Program-made: the position numbers and the translations under genes
DNA from: Podarcis melisellensis
Taxonomy: Eukaryota
Strand: one strand, 5' to 3'
DNA: 64,000 nucleotides
NCBI GenBank assembly: GCA_964234715.1
Contig: OZ174290.1
In this document: one piece after another, positions 1 through 13,310 of the stretch
How the letters are laid out: every line of letters starts with the position of its first letter
How positions within the stretch are numbered: the stretch's first letter is position 1
The notes under the pieces: model-generated
Seen by the model: the letters and a program-made list of their open reading frames with translations, nothing else
Databases searched by the model: none
What the model was told of the DNA's origin: nothing

Positions 1-536
1 GGCAAGTTGCTAAATATCAGAAAAAGACACCCATCTATATTGAAGATCCTGAACAAGATCTGCAGTACTTTAGGCTCTGCTTACAGGAAGCACAATCCTC
101 TGGAAAGTTTGCCTGCACAGCCTGCTCTGGGATCAATGGGAGATGTGCAAGAGCACAGCCATGCTAATTTTTTAAAAAGAAAATCCTAGCTTTCAGCATT
201 TACAAATTCTTGAAAACATAGCTGCATGCAGTGAAATACAACCATAGATTCATTTTGCTAAATTCTGGGGGGCCAACTGGTCAAATTTAATATTCTAATG
301 GTATCTCTCAGTTAGTAAGACTTCTAGGGTATCTCAAGATTAAGCTAGTTATGGCTTCAATCCCATGGACGCTACTGGAGAGTCAGCCCTATTGAATATA
401 GTGGCACTTCCAAGGAAACATGCACAGGAATAGCATGTAAAGGCAATGCCATTTGAGCAATGAAGAAGCTGTTAGGGCTTGAGAATTTAAAATGTGCCGT
501 TCAGATTTCCCCACTTGGAAAAGAAAAGGAACTTGC

Positions 537-612
537 CATTCAGACTTCCGGTGGTAGATACAGCACTGCTCTGTTTCTGGTTATCATACGCAGGGCCAAT
601 ATTAGCAAGATC
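537..612 (-). CDS. ASH2L: ASH2L exon 8 ([25 protein letters not shown]), ending at a GC donor
   Basis: Matches ASH2L; tttag| acceptor; donor AATG|GCAAGT; 76 nt. Confidence 0.9.
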
Positions 613-1287
613 CTAAAGAAGGAAAAATCAAATACACACCATTAAAAGTTACACGCCTTGCGCTGTTTGGATCAAATCTCACTGCTCAAGATCTGAGCAT
701 TTTGAAGATAAAGCAGGTCTTTTACAGCACAATTCCACCAAGCGTGTTGACTCTGAAGGAAATCCCACTGTATTCAATGGGGTTATTCCCAGGTTAAGTA
801 TGTTTAGGACTGATGCTGTGCCAGGTAAATAGCAACAATACAAATTTCTGTCCGACAAAGGGCCTCATCTCCCAACGTGTCCAAGATCCTGTTGTTCAAT
901 AGCTCATGAAAGCAACCTGCTCAAAAGCTTTGACAAATAATAATTCAGCAATATTTTGAAGTAACTGAGATAGCAATCATCACTATCCTGAAACTGCAGA
1001 GCTGAAGGGAGGACAATGCTGACGTTTGTCACCAGTCAGAAGCCTAGGGCCACTGAGAGGCTGCCTCTCAAGAATATCATCATGGCAAAGGGGGGGGGGG
1101 AGCAACCTGGCCGTATCTCTCAACCAAGGAAAGGCACAGCTGCTCTAACACTCACTTTCTTCTTCCCTCCCCAACCATTTTTCCTTGCATCTTTTTTCAG
1201 TTGGATTATCACTCTGTGCGCAGGAACTATTTTTTGAGCACTTAAAAAATCTTAGGCTACAGCATGCCCGCAACCTGAGCACATTTA

Positions 1288-1614
<327 letters not shown>

Positions 1615-1909
1615 CTAAAGCAGAACATTCAAACAAAATCATGTGCTAATGGCATAGTGAAAAGTACCTGGGATGTTATGTAGTGGGGGTTTTTCTGCCA
1701 TAAAGACAAGCGCTTATGGAGGCTGAGATAAAATAGAGGCTGACTGAGGATTTTATTTTAAAAAATTAAAGGGGACAGTAATGTAACAGGTATATTTTCA
1801 AAGCAATGATTTTTTTTTAAAAAATCAGCTTCTTAACCAAGCTTTAATAAAAAGAAATTTGCAATTTTGCTATGTCCCACTTCATACATATGTTTGAAGT
1901 ACGCTTCCG

Positions 1910-2582
1910 AGCACAATTCAAAGTGTTGGTGCTGACATTTAAAGCCTAAACTGTCTCGGCCGAGTATACCTGAAGGAGCATCTCCACCCCCGTCATTCAG
2001 CCCTGACACTGAGGTCCTGTTCCGAGGGCCTTCTTGCAGTTCCCACACTGCGAGAAGTGAGGTTACAGGGAACCAGGCAGAGGGCCTTTTCGGTAGTGGC
2101 GCCCGCCCTGTGGAACGCCATCCCATCAGATGTCCAGGAAATAAACAACTATCCGACTTTTAGAAGACATCTGAAGGCAGCCCTGTTTAGGGAAGTTTTT
2201 AATGTTTGGTGTTTTATCATGTTTTTAATCTTCTGTTGGGAGCAGGGCCGTAGCTAGGGCGTGGTGAGGTGGACCCCACCAGGGGCGCAGGCAATGGGGG
2301 GTCGTGCAAAATCGGCTAAAAATATGTCCATAAATATAAATATTGATTATTGCCTCATAAGAAATTGTTTTAAATAGACGGTGAATTGAATGGGTGGAGC
2401 AGGGGGTTGGAGGAGAGGCGGAAAGAAGAGCTAATTTGTCCATGGCTTGGAGGTGCAATCTGGACAGTTCTGCCAGGGGTGCAAAATCACCTAGCTACGG
2501 CTCTGGTTGGGAGCCGCCCAGAGTTGCAGGAGAAACCCAGCCAGATGGGTGGGATATTAATTATCATCATCATCATCATCAT
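1910..2582 (+). mobile_element. L2-type LINE 3' fragment, interrupted by a MITE
   Basis: Encodes RAFSVVAPALWN...FRRHLKAALF (L2 ORF2 C-terminus); (ATC)n tail; the same family recurs at about 12980, 21828 and 45184. Confidence 0.75.
2243..2505. mobile_element. hAT-type MITE (Tip100-like termini)
   Basis: 16-bp TIRs CAGGGCCGTAGCTAGG / CCTAGCTACGGCTCTG; 8-bp TSD GTTGGGAG at 2235-2242 and 2506-2513. Confidence 0.8.
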
Positions 2583-2589
2583 GACTCAC

Positions 2590-2685
2590 CATTGTTTTTA
2601 CAATATTATTTGGCCAAGTCATCTTCCCTGGTCTTTGTCGTGTCGTCATACACTCCCAATACTTATCAATGAATGGTATAATATC
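2590..2685 (-). CDS. ASH2L: ASH2L exon 6 ([32 protein letters not shown])
   Basis: Matches ASH2L; cag| acceptor and |GTGAGT donor; 96 nt. Confidence 0.96.
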
Positions 2686-3212
2686 CTGTTTGAAATCAAA
2701 GGCAAAAAAGGCAGAGTATTTTATTAAACAGATAAAATGGGGCTTTGGGGAGAAACTTGGTCATCTATACAAGTGGTTCCCAATCAGCTAAGTACTGCGG
2801 ACCCCGTTTTTCAGAAGTCAAGCCATGGACCTCCTACTTTGGAAAATTCTGATATCTCTATGGTAGTTTTTGTTATGTGACTGGTGCCACAGACCCCCTG
2901 GGTGGGTTACACAGACCACCAATTGGGAATCACCAATCTACATGATTATCTACTTATTTCTAGCATTTAAGCTACTGGACAAAATACAGGCAAAGATTAA
3001 AGAACATGAACTAAATTCACCAAGGCACAGTTCCATGAAAACCTACTGCAGTGTGCGTAACTTGCAGGGTATAATCTGTGTTTTCCAACGCAAAAAGCAC
3101 ATTACTGATGAAGGCAGAGTTAAGAACCAAGGCCTTTGACAGTTTCCACAAACTAAAATAATGGAGATAATTTGAGGCTCTCTGTGAGGATAGCAAACGT
3201 ACATACCAAATA

Positions 3213-3453
3213 CAGTGGAATCTCGGTTTTCAAACATCTTGGCTGCCAAAAGTTTCAGAAGCCGAACGCCGAAAACCTGGAAGTGAATGCTTCCTTTTTC
3301 GAACATGCCTTGGAAATCAAACGGCTTCTGAGGCACGTTTCTCATCCCCCCCCATTTAATTTGCCAACAGCCCTTTGATCCTTGGTTTTCGAACATTTTG
3401 GAGGTCAAATGGTCTTCCGGAATGGATAACGTTCAAAAACCGAGGTTCCACTG
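3213..3453. mobile_element. Tc1/mariner (pogo/Tigger-like) MITE
   Basis: TIRs CAGTGGAATCTCGGTTTT / AAAACCGAGGTTCCACTG; flanking TA. Confidence 0.75.
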
Positions 3454-3602
3454 TACAAGGATACGGTTTAGTTTTCACCTGTTTTGAACTGTACCATTTC
3501 ATATGGAAGATAAGGGGTTGCATAACTGTCCTCCACAGGCAAAAATTCCCTCTGGAGGAAACCTGGTATCTGCGAGATGAGTTCTAACTTAGCTGTCCCC
3601 TA

Positions 3603-3848
<246 letters not shown>

Positions 3849-4386
3849 TCAGGTGATGAAAAGGCTTTTGGTGAATCGGGAAGGATGTAGAGAGCTGGTG
3901 AAATAGTTTGACAGGAAAGGAGCAATCGGGTGGGCTACACAACTTATAGCTCTGGGCGATGTAGAATTACTTCCAAATGCAGCAACTACAATGCCGGGTC
4001 AGATGAGAAATGCTTCAAGCTCTCTTTGCTTTTGGCAATTAGCTCGATGTCTCCCAGAATGTCACACAAAACTCACAATGGAAGATTCGAAATTGTTCAA
4101 AATGGCATAAAGGCCGGACATAAGGGCCATGGCTCATTTGGCTCTTCCCGTGAACAATTTTTATATAAAATCAACAAGGAGAGATAAGGTAACCAAAACA
4201 CTCAATATTTAAGTGAAATCAGAGTTTCTAGTGGCACAGCTTTAGAAGAATTTGGAAACTTATTTTATCTGGTCCCAAATGAAAGCATGAGACATTTTAG
4301 AATCTGCTGCATTTGGTAGAGACTTCAAGATAGCATATTAGAATTCGGTTATCAGCAGCTTTTGGCAACATGCTCTTGGATTCATA

Positions 4387-5722
4387 TCATAGAATCATAG
4401 AGTTGGAAAAGACCACAAGGGCCATCGAGTCCAACCCCTGCCAAGCAGGAAACACCATCAGAGCACTCCTGACATATGGTTGTCAAGCCTCTGCTTAAAG
4501 ACCTCCAAAGAAGGAGACTCCACCACACTCCTTGGCAGCAAATTCCACTGTCGAACAGCTCTTACTGTCAGAAGCTCTTACTTCTTCCTAATGTTTAGGT
4601 GGAATCTTCTTTCTTGTAGTTTGGATCCATTGCTCCGTGTCCGCTTCTCTGGAGCAGCAGAAAACAACCTTTCTCCCTCCTCTATGTGACATCCTTTTAT
4701 ATATTTGAACATGGCTATCATATCACCCCTTAACCTCCTCTTCTCCAGGCTAAACATGCCCAGCTCCCTTAGCCGTTCCTCATAAGGCATCGTTTCCAGG
4801 CCTTTGACCATTTTGGTTGCCCTCCTCTGGACACGTTCCAGTTTGTCAGTATCCTTCTTGAACTGTGGTGCCCAGAACTGGACACAGTACTCCAGGTGAG
4901 GTCTGACCAGAGCAGAATACAGTGGCACTATTACTTCCCTTGATCTAGATCAGTGTTTCCCAAACGTTTTTGGGCAACGGCACACCTGTTTACTGAAAAA
5001 AAATCTCGCGGCACACCACCATTAAAGCCCCGCCCCGTGACGTCAGCGCGCAGCGTCACGCCGGGAGGGACGCACAAAAGTGAAAGCTTTTTCCCTCCCC
5101 CTTGCTGGGGAACCTCCAAGCTTTGGGGGTGGGAGGAGGCAGCAGAGCGAGGGACTGAGGGACGGCGGCAACTGAGGCGGCGGCGGCTGAGGCAGAGCTG
5201 GGAAGGGGGTTTCCAGGGGACACGGCAGCTCCTCGAAAGGCTTCTCTCAGCTGCGCTAAATCCGCCTCGGAGAGGATTTCCCCTCCGGTCCCATGCGTTC
5301 GTTTGGGGCATCGCTCCGGCTGCTCCCTCTCCCGCCGCGCAGGAGCGATGCCTCTCTCTGGCTCTCCCTCCGCGCAGGCTGAGGGAGGGAGGGAGGGGCG
5401 CGTGTGACCCGTCTCTGCTGGGAGACCAAACCCAGCGAGGCAGAGTCGCGCGGAGGCGCCCAGGCAGCGCTGCCGGCTGCGAGGAGGAGCGCCAGGCAGC
5501 AGCAGGAGGCGCGGCCTCTCCTCGCCGCCGCCGCCCCGCCTCTCGCCGCCCGACTCGCCCGCCTCCCTCCAGGCATCTCGCGGCACACGAGGCAACGTCT
5601 CACGGCACACTCGTGTGCCGCGGAACACCGGTTGGGAAACACTGATCTAGATGCTATACTCCTATTGATGCAGCCCAGAATTGCATTGGCTTTTTTAGCT
5701 GCCGCGTCACACTGTTGGCTCA
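4387..5722 (-). mobile_element. CR1 LINE 3' fragment, split by a hAT insertion
   Basis: [23 protein letters not shown]...[11 protein letters not shown] and SQQCDAAAKKANAILGCI (CR1 ORF2); (ATTCTATG)-type tail. Confidence 0.9.
4951..5644. mobile_element. GC/CpG-rich non-autonomous hAT (Charlie/Buster-type) element
   Basis: TIR CAGTGTTTCCCAA at both ends; perfect 8-bp TSD ATCTAGAT at 4943-4950 and 5645-5652; subterminal CGGCACAC repeats. Confidence 0.88.
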
Positions 5723-5942
5723 TAAAACCTTTCATCCCGGTTAACTGAAATCATCTCTAGCCAAGGATTTTTGAGATTCAACAGGTTAGCATTCTGCCAT
5801 GAAAGAGGATATTCTCACAGTTATATTTAAGACTGTCATATACATAATGAGAAAAGGAGAAATCATGATTTAGCATGTTTATATGCGTGCTAGGGATGGC
5901 AGCTACCCTAGATAATCCCACATTTTGAAGGTTATAGATTTA

Positions 5943-6128
<186 letters not shown>

Positions 6129-8796
6129 TTAAAATAAGTAATGAGTACTGGCTTGTGACAGAAGAATAAAATCCCCATCAATTTTATAGAATTAGAGCTA
6201 ACAATACTAAAGAATTTAAGATGAAAAACTACCTTAAAGCCTCCCCACCCTATTTTTAACCACTCTTGATGTTCGGGTTCTAGAGTGAGTTTGAAGTGTC
6301 TAGAGAGGCAGAACTAAGAAACAAAATATATCAAAATTTCACACAACTTTTCCACAAAGACACTGAGATATAGCCTAATCTGTGCATAATGCTCTTCAAA
6401 TTATGACCCATATTCAACTTCTTCCCATTTTAGCCAAGTAATCCCACCCCCAGATTCTTCTAAAAACAGCAACTAAGGAAGCCATCACTAAAGGTGAATA
6501 GGCTGACTGCCCCCACCCCAACCTCCTTGTAGGTCAAACACTGATCTACAATCTACTTAAGATACTGTACCTGCATTTAAATATTTCAGATATTGGGGAA
6601 AGGCAGTAGCTCAGTGACAGGCTCTGCTTCACGTGAGGAAGACCCCGGTTTCAGTCCCCGGTAACTCCTGACATAGCCCCAAACTAAAACCCTGGAGTGT
6701 TGCTACCCAGTATAGTCCATACTAAGCAAGTGGGCTAGCGGTATAAACGCAGTTTCCTGTGTTCCAGGTCTAAGCAAGTGCCAAGTCTCAATGCAGCAAA
6801 GAATTCCCACCTCAACCCCACAAGAGAGACTGTACCTTGGGGGTTGCTATCTTGCAACACAGCCTGTAGGCTGGCTCACTTGCTTGAGCCACCTGAAGCC
6901 CCTGCTTGGTTAACATCACTTGTTGTGCATGAAAGTTGCTGCATTGCAGTGCAAAGTTGGAAAAGAATGGCTTCAAATGATGGAGTTGGAAGATACTAAC
7001 TTTGTGGGACCAATCTTTCCATTTCAGATCAAGTGAGCCGAGTAGATGGCCTACAAATCACAGCTTTAAGACCAGTTCATTAAAATTCACATAGCTACAA
7101 AAATATTTTTCAAGCCCCACTTTGTTTACTGACTCCATGGAATGTTGCAATTCAGCTCAACCTCTTTGGATCCTTTTATTTAGAATGAGCCAGCAAAATA
7201 GCCTTTGCTCGCTCAGTTTAAGCCAAGGTTGTCAGCATTTCAGGGAAATACCAGCAAGCAAATAGAAGTTCAACTTTCCATGGAATAAAAAAAAAAAAAG
7301 TAAACATCCAGGACTGTAATTCATAAACAGTATACTCAGGATAACTGAAATAGATGGGTTTTCTCAAATTAAGTAGGTTAAGGACCGCAGCTCCACAGCG
7401 TTGTGTTTGGCACACTTTGTTTTATTATCACTTCACGGTTCAATGTGTGCTCAATGCTACACAAACACAGAGAAGCAAGGTCATTGCCACAGTTCATTAT
7501 GCAGCAAGTTCATTAGGCAGCAGAATATTACTTAAAGAAATCATAAAACTAATGCCTATTTTACCCAGCAGTCCTACAAAACGTTTGCCACTTCACAAAT
7601 CACGCGCCAGCCAAGATGAAACCGAGGTTTTAGCTTAAGGTTAAATTAATAGAAAATTTATAAATGAGAGGATATTGTGTATTTCTTTCACAAGCTGAGA
7701 GCTGGAAGAATTCTTGGTCAAGCCTGCAGTTTAACCACTTGATATTAATGTTCAGCATGGACATCAAAAAAATGACATGCAGAACTCAACAAAACAGAAT
7801 CAAAGTTTTGCCTAAGAGATTATTATTTCTGTGTAGAAAATCAATTGCTACTGTGTTGCTGTTTCCTCCTTTTATTTTTTAAAGTGGAAAAATCATTTAT
7901 CATATATTAGTCTTTTGGTGTTTACGTTGAGAATACCTTGCTGCACACGTACACACAAAAAAGCTATAAAGGCATATGGCTAAAAAGCAAAAGAGAGATT
8001 CAGAAACAGAATTTCTAAAGTCAGCATAACTCAGTGCATGGCTACTTAGGAGAAGGCGTCAGCATTTTCAGTGGAGCTTTCTCGCAGGTATAGGACTGAA
8101 GCCAATGAGCAGTATTCCATGCAGTACTATAATTGTTCCAAGATGGCGGCGCATTCAAACGCTGCGGCTCTGAACTCCCAATACTTCACCTACTCACGCA
8201 CAAAACTGGTACTAAGAGAGTTGAGTGGGGGGTGCTCGTGTAATCTCACTGTATACAGGTTGTACAAGTGACAATGAAGTATTTCAATAATGAACATTCC
8301 ATCTGCACAAGCATTGCAGCTTGCCAGACAAAACAATATCCCCTCTCCCCCCCCCATGCACTGTTCTGGGGGAGCTGCCCCAGAGCCAATTTGGGGGGGC
8401 ATGAGAGCCACGGGGAAGCCCTATGATGCAAGCGGGCGTCCTCACACAAGACCTGTTAGGTGAATCCTGCCCAATGCCTTAGGTAGCATTTTTCTGCATG
8501 GCTAGCAGTTTTATAAGCACGGCTTTGAGAGAAAAAACTAACACTGTGCTGTCATAGAAAATTAAAGCCCCAGCGAATTCAGTGGTGCTGACTTCCAAGT
8601 AAATACATCTAGAAAACGATTAGGTAGCTGAGCTCATACTGCCCTCTTCTGGAATGACAAAACTTTTCATACAGAAATTGACAGAACATTTAGAAAGTTC
8701 TTTAAGATGTGTCTATTAGGAGGACCAAACTAGAATCAGAGTACAAACGGGAATCACATGGCTCAAAAAGGAGGAAAAACTGCAAATACTACATAC

Positions 8797-8942
8797 GTGG
8801 TATCAATGCCAAAAGTTTCTGCCGTAAACCATTTGGTGCAAATTCCACACTGCAGCTCAATTTCTCCCAGCTGTCGTCCATTCTCTTCATCTACTGAGCC
8901 GGTCTGATTATCCATAACTTCAGAACTGTCGCCAACACCCTC
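8797..8942 (-). CDS. ASH2L: ASH2L exon 3 ([48 protein letters not shown])
   Basis: Near-identical to the start of the ASH2L PHD region; AG/GT boundaries; 146 nt. Confidence 0.96.
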
Positions 8943-9829
8943 CTGTAACAACATCAGTGCAAGTGTACCAAAGGAAGAGCTAAGAACAACATCTATTAAG
9001 CTTCTATCCCACCCTTCCTCCAGGGAACTTGAAGTGATACACACAGTTCTTCCCCTGCTTTATAGCCTCACAACAACCCTATGAGGCAGGTTAGGCTGAG
9101 AGATCCAAACTTATTTCATGAACTGTATGGCTGCAATTTCTACAGTCTTGGTCCAACACTAATGGACACATTTCAATGCTTTTTGCTAGGCTAGTTTTGC
9201 CAGAATTGAAGACACAAGTTATGACATTCATCTCATTTAAAAACAATTGCAACAAGTGTGGGCTTTTTTAAACATTAGTTTTCCATGATACAGAAAGAGA
9301 TCACTTCTAAATCTTGGTACAATAAGCTTCCTTTTCCAAACTTTCAGAACCCTCTAAAAGCTGCTGTTTTATGTATTAATTTGATCGTTTAAATTCTGGT
9401 TTTTAACAACTTTGTAACTGTAAAAATTAATTGTAAGTCAACTAGACACTGCCCTGTGTTAAGATGCAATTATTTAATTTTCTAGTCACGTAAGTGTATA
9501 AATTGGATGGAAAACAAACAAACATAAAAAACACTATATAGTGATGTAAGAGAAGAAAAGTTTGTGGGTAAACTTTGATCACACCAGTCCTACACAGGCT
9601 CAGGAATTCACTTTGTCTAGGTTTGCATTAGCATGCCACATTGAAATAATTTTCCACTTTGGGATAGGAATACATGGATCCACTTTAGCCCACTATCCAG
9701 GAGCAGTAAAAGACAAAGATGTTGCACTTCATAGACAGGTGGCCAAATTTTACCTTAGGGTGCTGTTTTCAGAGTTAACAAACAGTTATTGGCAGATGGT
9801 TTTAAAAAACCAGTACAAAGCATGTTAAA

Positions 9830-10677
9830 AGCATCCTTGATGCCTCCCTTTCCATGGAGGCGCAAGTTACAGCAACAGCCAAGGCGACATTTTTCCACCT
9901 TCGCCGCATCAAGCAGTTGGTCCCTTAGCTTTCCCGCCCCGACCTGGCCACAGTGATCCATGCGACGGTCATCTCCAGGCTTGACTACTGTAATTCGCTC
10001 TATGCGGGGCTGCCCTTGAAGCTGTCCCAGAAACTCCAGCGGGTACAGAATGCTGCAGCGAGGCTCCTCACGGGGTCTCTGCCATGGGAGCATATTCACC
10101 CAGTGCTTTTCAAGCTGCACTGGCTCCCGGTGGAGTACAGGGTCAGATTTAAGGTGCTGCTTTTGACCTTTAAAGCCCTTCACGGCCTAGGACCCTCGTA
10201 CCTACGGGACCGCCTCTCCTGGTATGCCCCACGGAGAGCCTCAAGGTCCATAAATAACAACACCCTAGTGGTCCCAGGCCCTAAGGAAGTTAGATTGGCT
10301 TCAACCAGAGCCAGGGCCTTTTCAATTCTGGCTCCGGCCTGGTGGAACACTCTGCCTCATGAGACCAGGGTCCTGCAGGATCTGATTTCTTTCCGCAGGG
10401 CCTGGAAGACAGAGTTCTTCCGCCTGGCCTTTGGCTTGGAGCCAATTTGATTCCCTCCCTCCCTCTCTCTTTTTTCCCCCCTTTCTTTTCCTTCTCCTCC
10501 TGCGATGAGGCTACATTTTAATATTTTAATGTTCCATTATTTTAATGTTGTATTTTTTTTGTTTTTAAGTTGTAACCATTCATCTTGTTTTTATTATTGC
10601 TTGTAAGCTGCTCTGAGCCCAGCCTTGGCTGGGGAGGGCGGGGTATAAATAAAAAATTATTATTATTATTATTACTA
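9830..10677 (+). mobile_element. L2-type LINE, 5'-truncated
   Basis: ORF 9953-10450 (IHATVISRLDYCNSLYAGLP...LQRVQNAAARLL...LHWLPV) is typical L2 ORF2 C-terminus; (ATT)n tail. Confidence 0.88.
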
Positions 10678-11230
10678 CAGAAAGCGTTAGTTCGAAGAAA
10701 CCCCACCATGAACAGTGCATAATTAATCTGATTCATCTGTCCAGTGGTAAGCACTGTGGAATCTCAAACCCTCCCCCCACCCCAGTATGCTATTATCCTT
10801 CTGGTTAAAAGGCAATCTGCCAATAAGTCAAAATTCTCACCTTTAAAACCTTCTCATCTTCTCCCATTCCTTTATAATAGCCATGTTGTCCCTTTGCAAC
10901 ACAACTCATCAGCAATCCCTAAGTAGCCTAAGCAGTGCATGAGATTTGAGCAATGAATATTTTGCTTTACTTTTGGAGAGCTGAAGAACATGCCTTCCCT
11001 TCCTTCACCAACTACAAAATAGTCTGGCAACAAACATGATGACGACTGGCACTTTAATCATGCCAGAGGCTCCTTTAACAGGCTTTGTGGATGCATTACT
11101 GCTCTGTGGCGCCCAATATGACATCCAGGGACTGAAAGACTACTTCCAAATCCCCAAACGGTTCATTCACAGGGCACATAGCTCTCCCCATGCATGTGGT
11201 ATCCCAGCAGAGTAGACTCAATTCACGTAC

Positions 11231-11300
11231 CAGTGCATCCTTCCCACTGGAAGATTCCGTCTCCATGGTGGCGGTGACATCGGCCAGGGATGCATCCCCC
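11231..11300 (-). CDS. ASH2L: ASH2L exon 2 (GDASLADVTATMETESSSGKDAL)
   Basis: ttcag| acceptor and |GTACGT donor; resembles human ...[21 protein letters not shown]; 70 nt keeps frame. Confidence 0.9.
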
Positions 11301-11590
11301 CTGAAGGAGACAGAAAGTCATCATCATGTTTTGTACACTTTTTAGGCATTATAGAATCACAGAGTTGTAAAGGACCTGGAGGGTTATCAGTCCAAGCCCC
11401 TGCAATGCAGGAATCTCAACTAAAGCATCCATAACAGGAAGCCACCCAACCTCTGCTTTAAAACCTCCAAGGAAGGTTGATATGCAGGACAGCTATGAAA
11501 AAGAATATACATTTAAAAAGCAAGGCACACACTAAAACCACTCTACTGTCCATTCAGCCATTCTGCATCATTCAAAACTGTGTAGTTAAT

Positions 11591-11834
11591 CCATGGGTAG
11601 GGAAACTAAGGCCCAGGAGCCGGAGCCGGCCCAATCGCCTTCTAAATCCAGCCTGCGGACGGTAGGGGAATCAGCGCGTTTTTTACATGAGTAGAATGTG
11701 TGCTTTTATTTAAAATGCATCTGAGTTATTTGTGGGGCATAGGAATTCATTCATTCACCCCCCCCCCCAAATATAGTCCAGAACCCCCACAAGTTCTAGG
11801 CAACAGCCCCCTGCTGAAAAAGTTTGCTGACCCT
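11591..11834. mobile_element. hAT-type MITE (family also at 38743 and 48111)
   Basis: Shares sequence (cccaatcgccttct...tttacatgagta...tttatttaaaatgca) with the other two copies. Confidence 0.7.
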
Positions 11835-12979
11835 ATCTGACCTCTATTGTTAACCAGAGATTAACCCTGACCTGACAAGGTCCACAAAGTGAAAAGGAGA
11901 CCTAAATGTAGAAGTGTGCCTTCATTCCTAGAACAGAAAGCTTCTTCAATGAAGTTTAAAAGAAAAGGAAAAGCTTGAGCTATCTCAAGTTTCTCTGTCA
12001 TCAGGATCCTTCTCATACTCAGTAGTGAGATGCTTGTCCAGAGAGCACATTGAGATAGGAGTCTCACTCAGCTCTAGTACCTTGGTACAGTTTACTTGGC
12101 TGCCTCCTGAGCAAGTAAGCATACACAGGGGCCAGGATAGGAAAAAGGAAACTGCCTTATACCATGTCAAACTATTTGTCCATCTGACCCAGCACTGCCC
12201 ACCACGACTGGCAGAAGCTCGCTGCTAGAGTGTTAGGTGGAGGTCTTTCCCATCACCTATCAACTGAATTAGAGCCTGAACCTGGGACCTTCAGCATGCA
12301 AAACATGTGCTCTTCCACTGAAAAAAACCCTGCAAATCTGTTGTTCTTGCTTCTGATCTAGGAAGGGAAATTGCACTCACAAGCTTCCTTTTACACACAC
12401 ATACTTGCTGGATCAGGTATGCACAACAGCATTATGTTTATGCCATGTCTTTCTATCACGGCATTCAAGGCAGCATATATGTAGTGGAGAAAACAGACTG
12501 CCATGCAGGGATGGCTGCTCCACTTGAAATGCTGCACCCTCCTGCACTAGGAGCCTTCAGGACAGAGCTCCTAATGGAAGAGGGTTTCTGATCTTCTGCA
12601 TTTAGGCATACACGTTTTTTTGGGGGGGGGGAGAGACTGCTCACTGGGTGGGGGAAAAAAGGGAAGTATTTACCTGGGGTTAAAAAATGTTGGTGAAGGT
12701 GTCAGGTGGACTTCACTGGATAAAGCATTCCACACACAGGGAGCCACAACTAAGAAGGCCCCCTGATTTGTCAACATCCTCCAAGCCTCCCTTACTAATT
12801 TTTATTAGTGTTACTCTACTACCGCTTAATTTTCTACAAACTGCTTTAAGCGCAAAAGTATCTGTGGAAAATGTGAAATAATCTGGCTTACTATATGGTT
12901 CCTCACCCTGATTTTATTCTTACAACCCTGTGAGTTAGGCAACACAAGAGATAGTTATGCGACCCCCGAGCGGTCGCCA

Positions 12980-13310
12980 TCCATCGTTCTGCCCAGATGC
13001 TGAGGTCCAGCGCCAAGGGCCTTCTGGTAGTTCCCTCATTGCGAGAAGCAAAGCTACAGGGAACCAGGCAGAGGGCCTTTTCGGTAGTGGCACCCGCCCT
13101 GTGGAATGTCCTCCCATCAGATGTCAATAAGATAAACAACTACCTGACATTTAGAAGACATCTGAAGGCAGCCCTGTTCAGGGAAGTTTTTAATGTGTGA
13201 CATTTTAATGTATTTTTAATCTTTGTTGGAAGCCACCCAGAGTGGCTAGGGAAACCCAGCCAGATGGGCAGCGTACAAATAACAAATTATTATTTATTAT
13301 CATTATTATG
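12980..13310 (+). mobile_element. L2-type LINE 3' fragment
   Basis: RAFSVVAPALWNVLP...; same 3'UTR and tail as the 1910 copy. Confidence 0.75.

Noticed and set aside
4931-5748. Several long overlapping ORFs (up to 230 aa)
   Set aside because: They arise from the GC-rich, stop-poor hAT interior; low-complexity Arg/Ala/Pro sequence with no transposase motifs.
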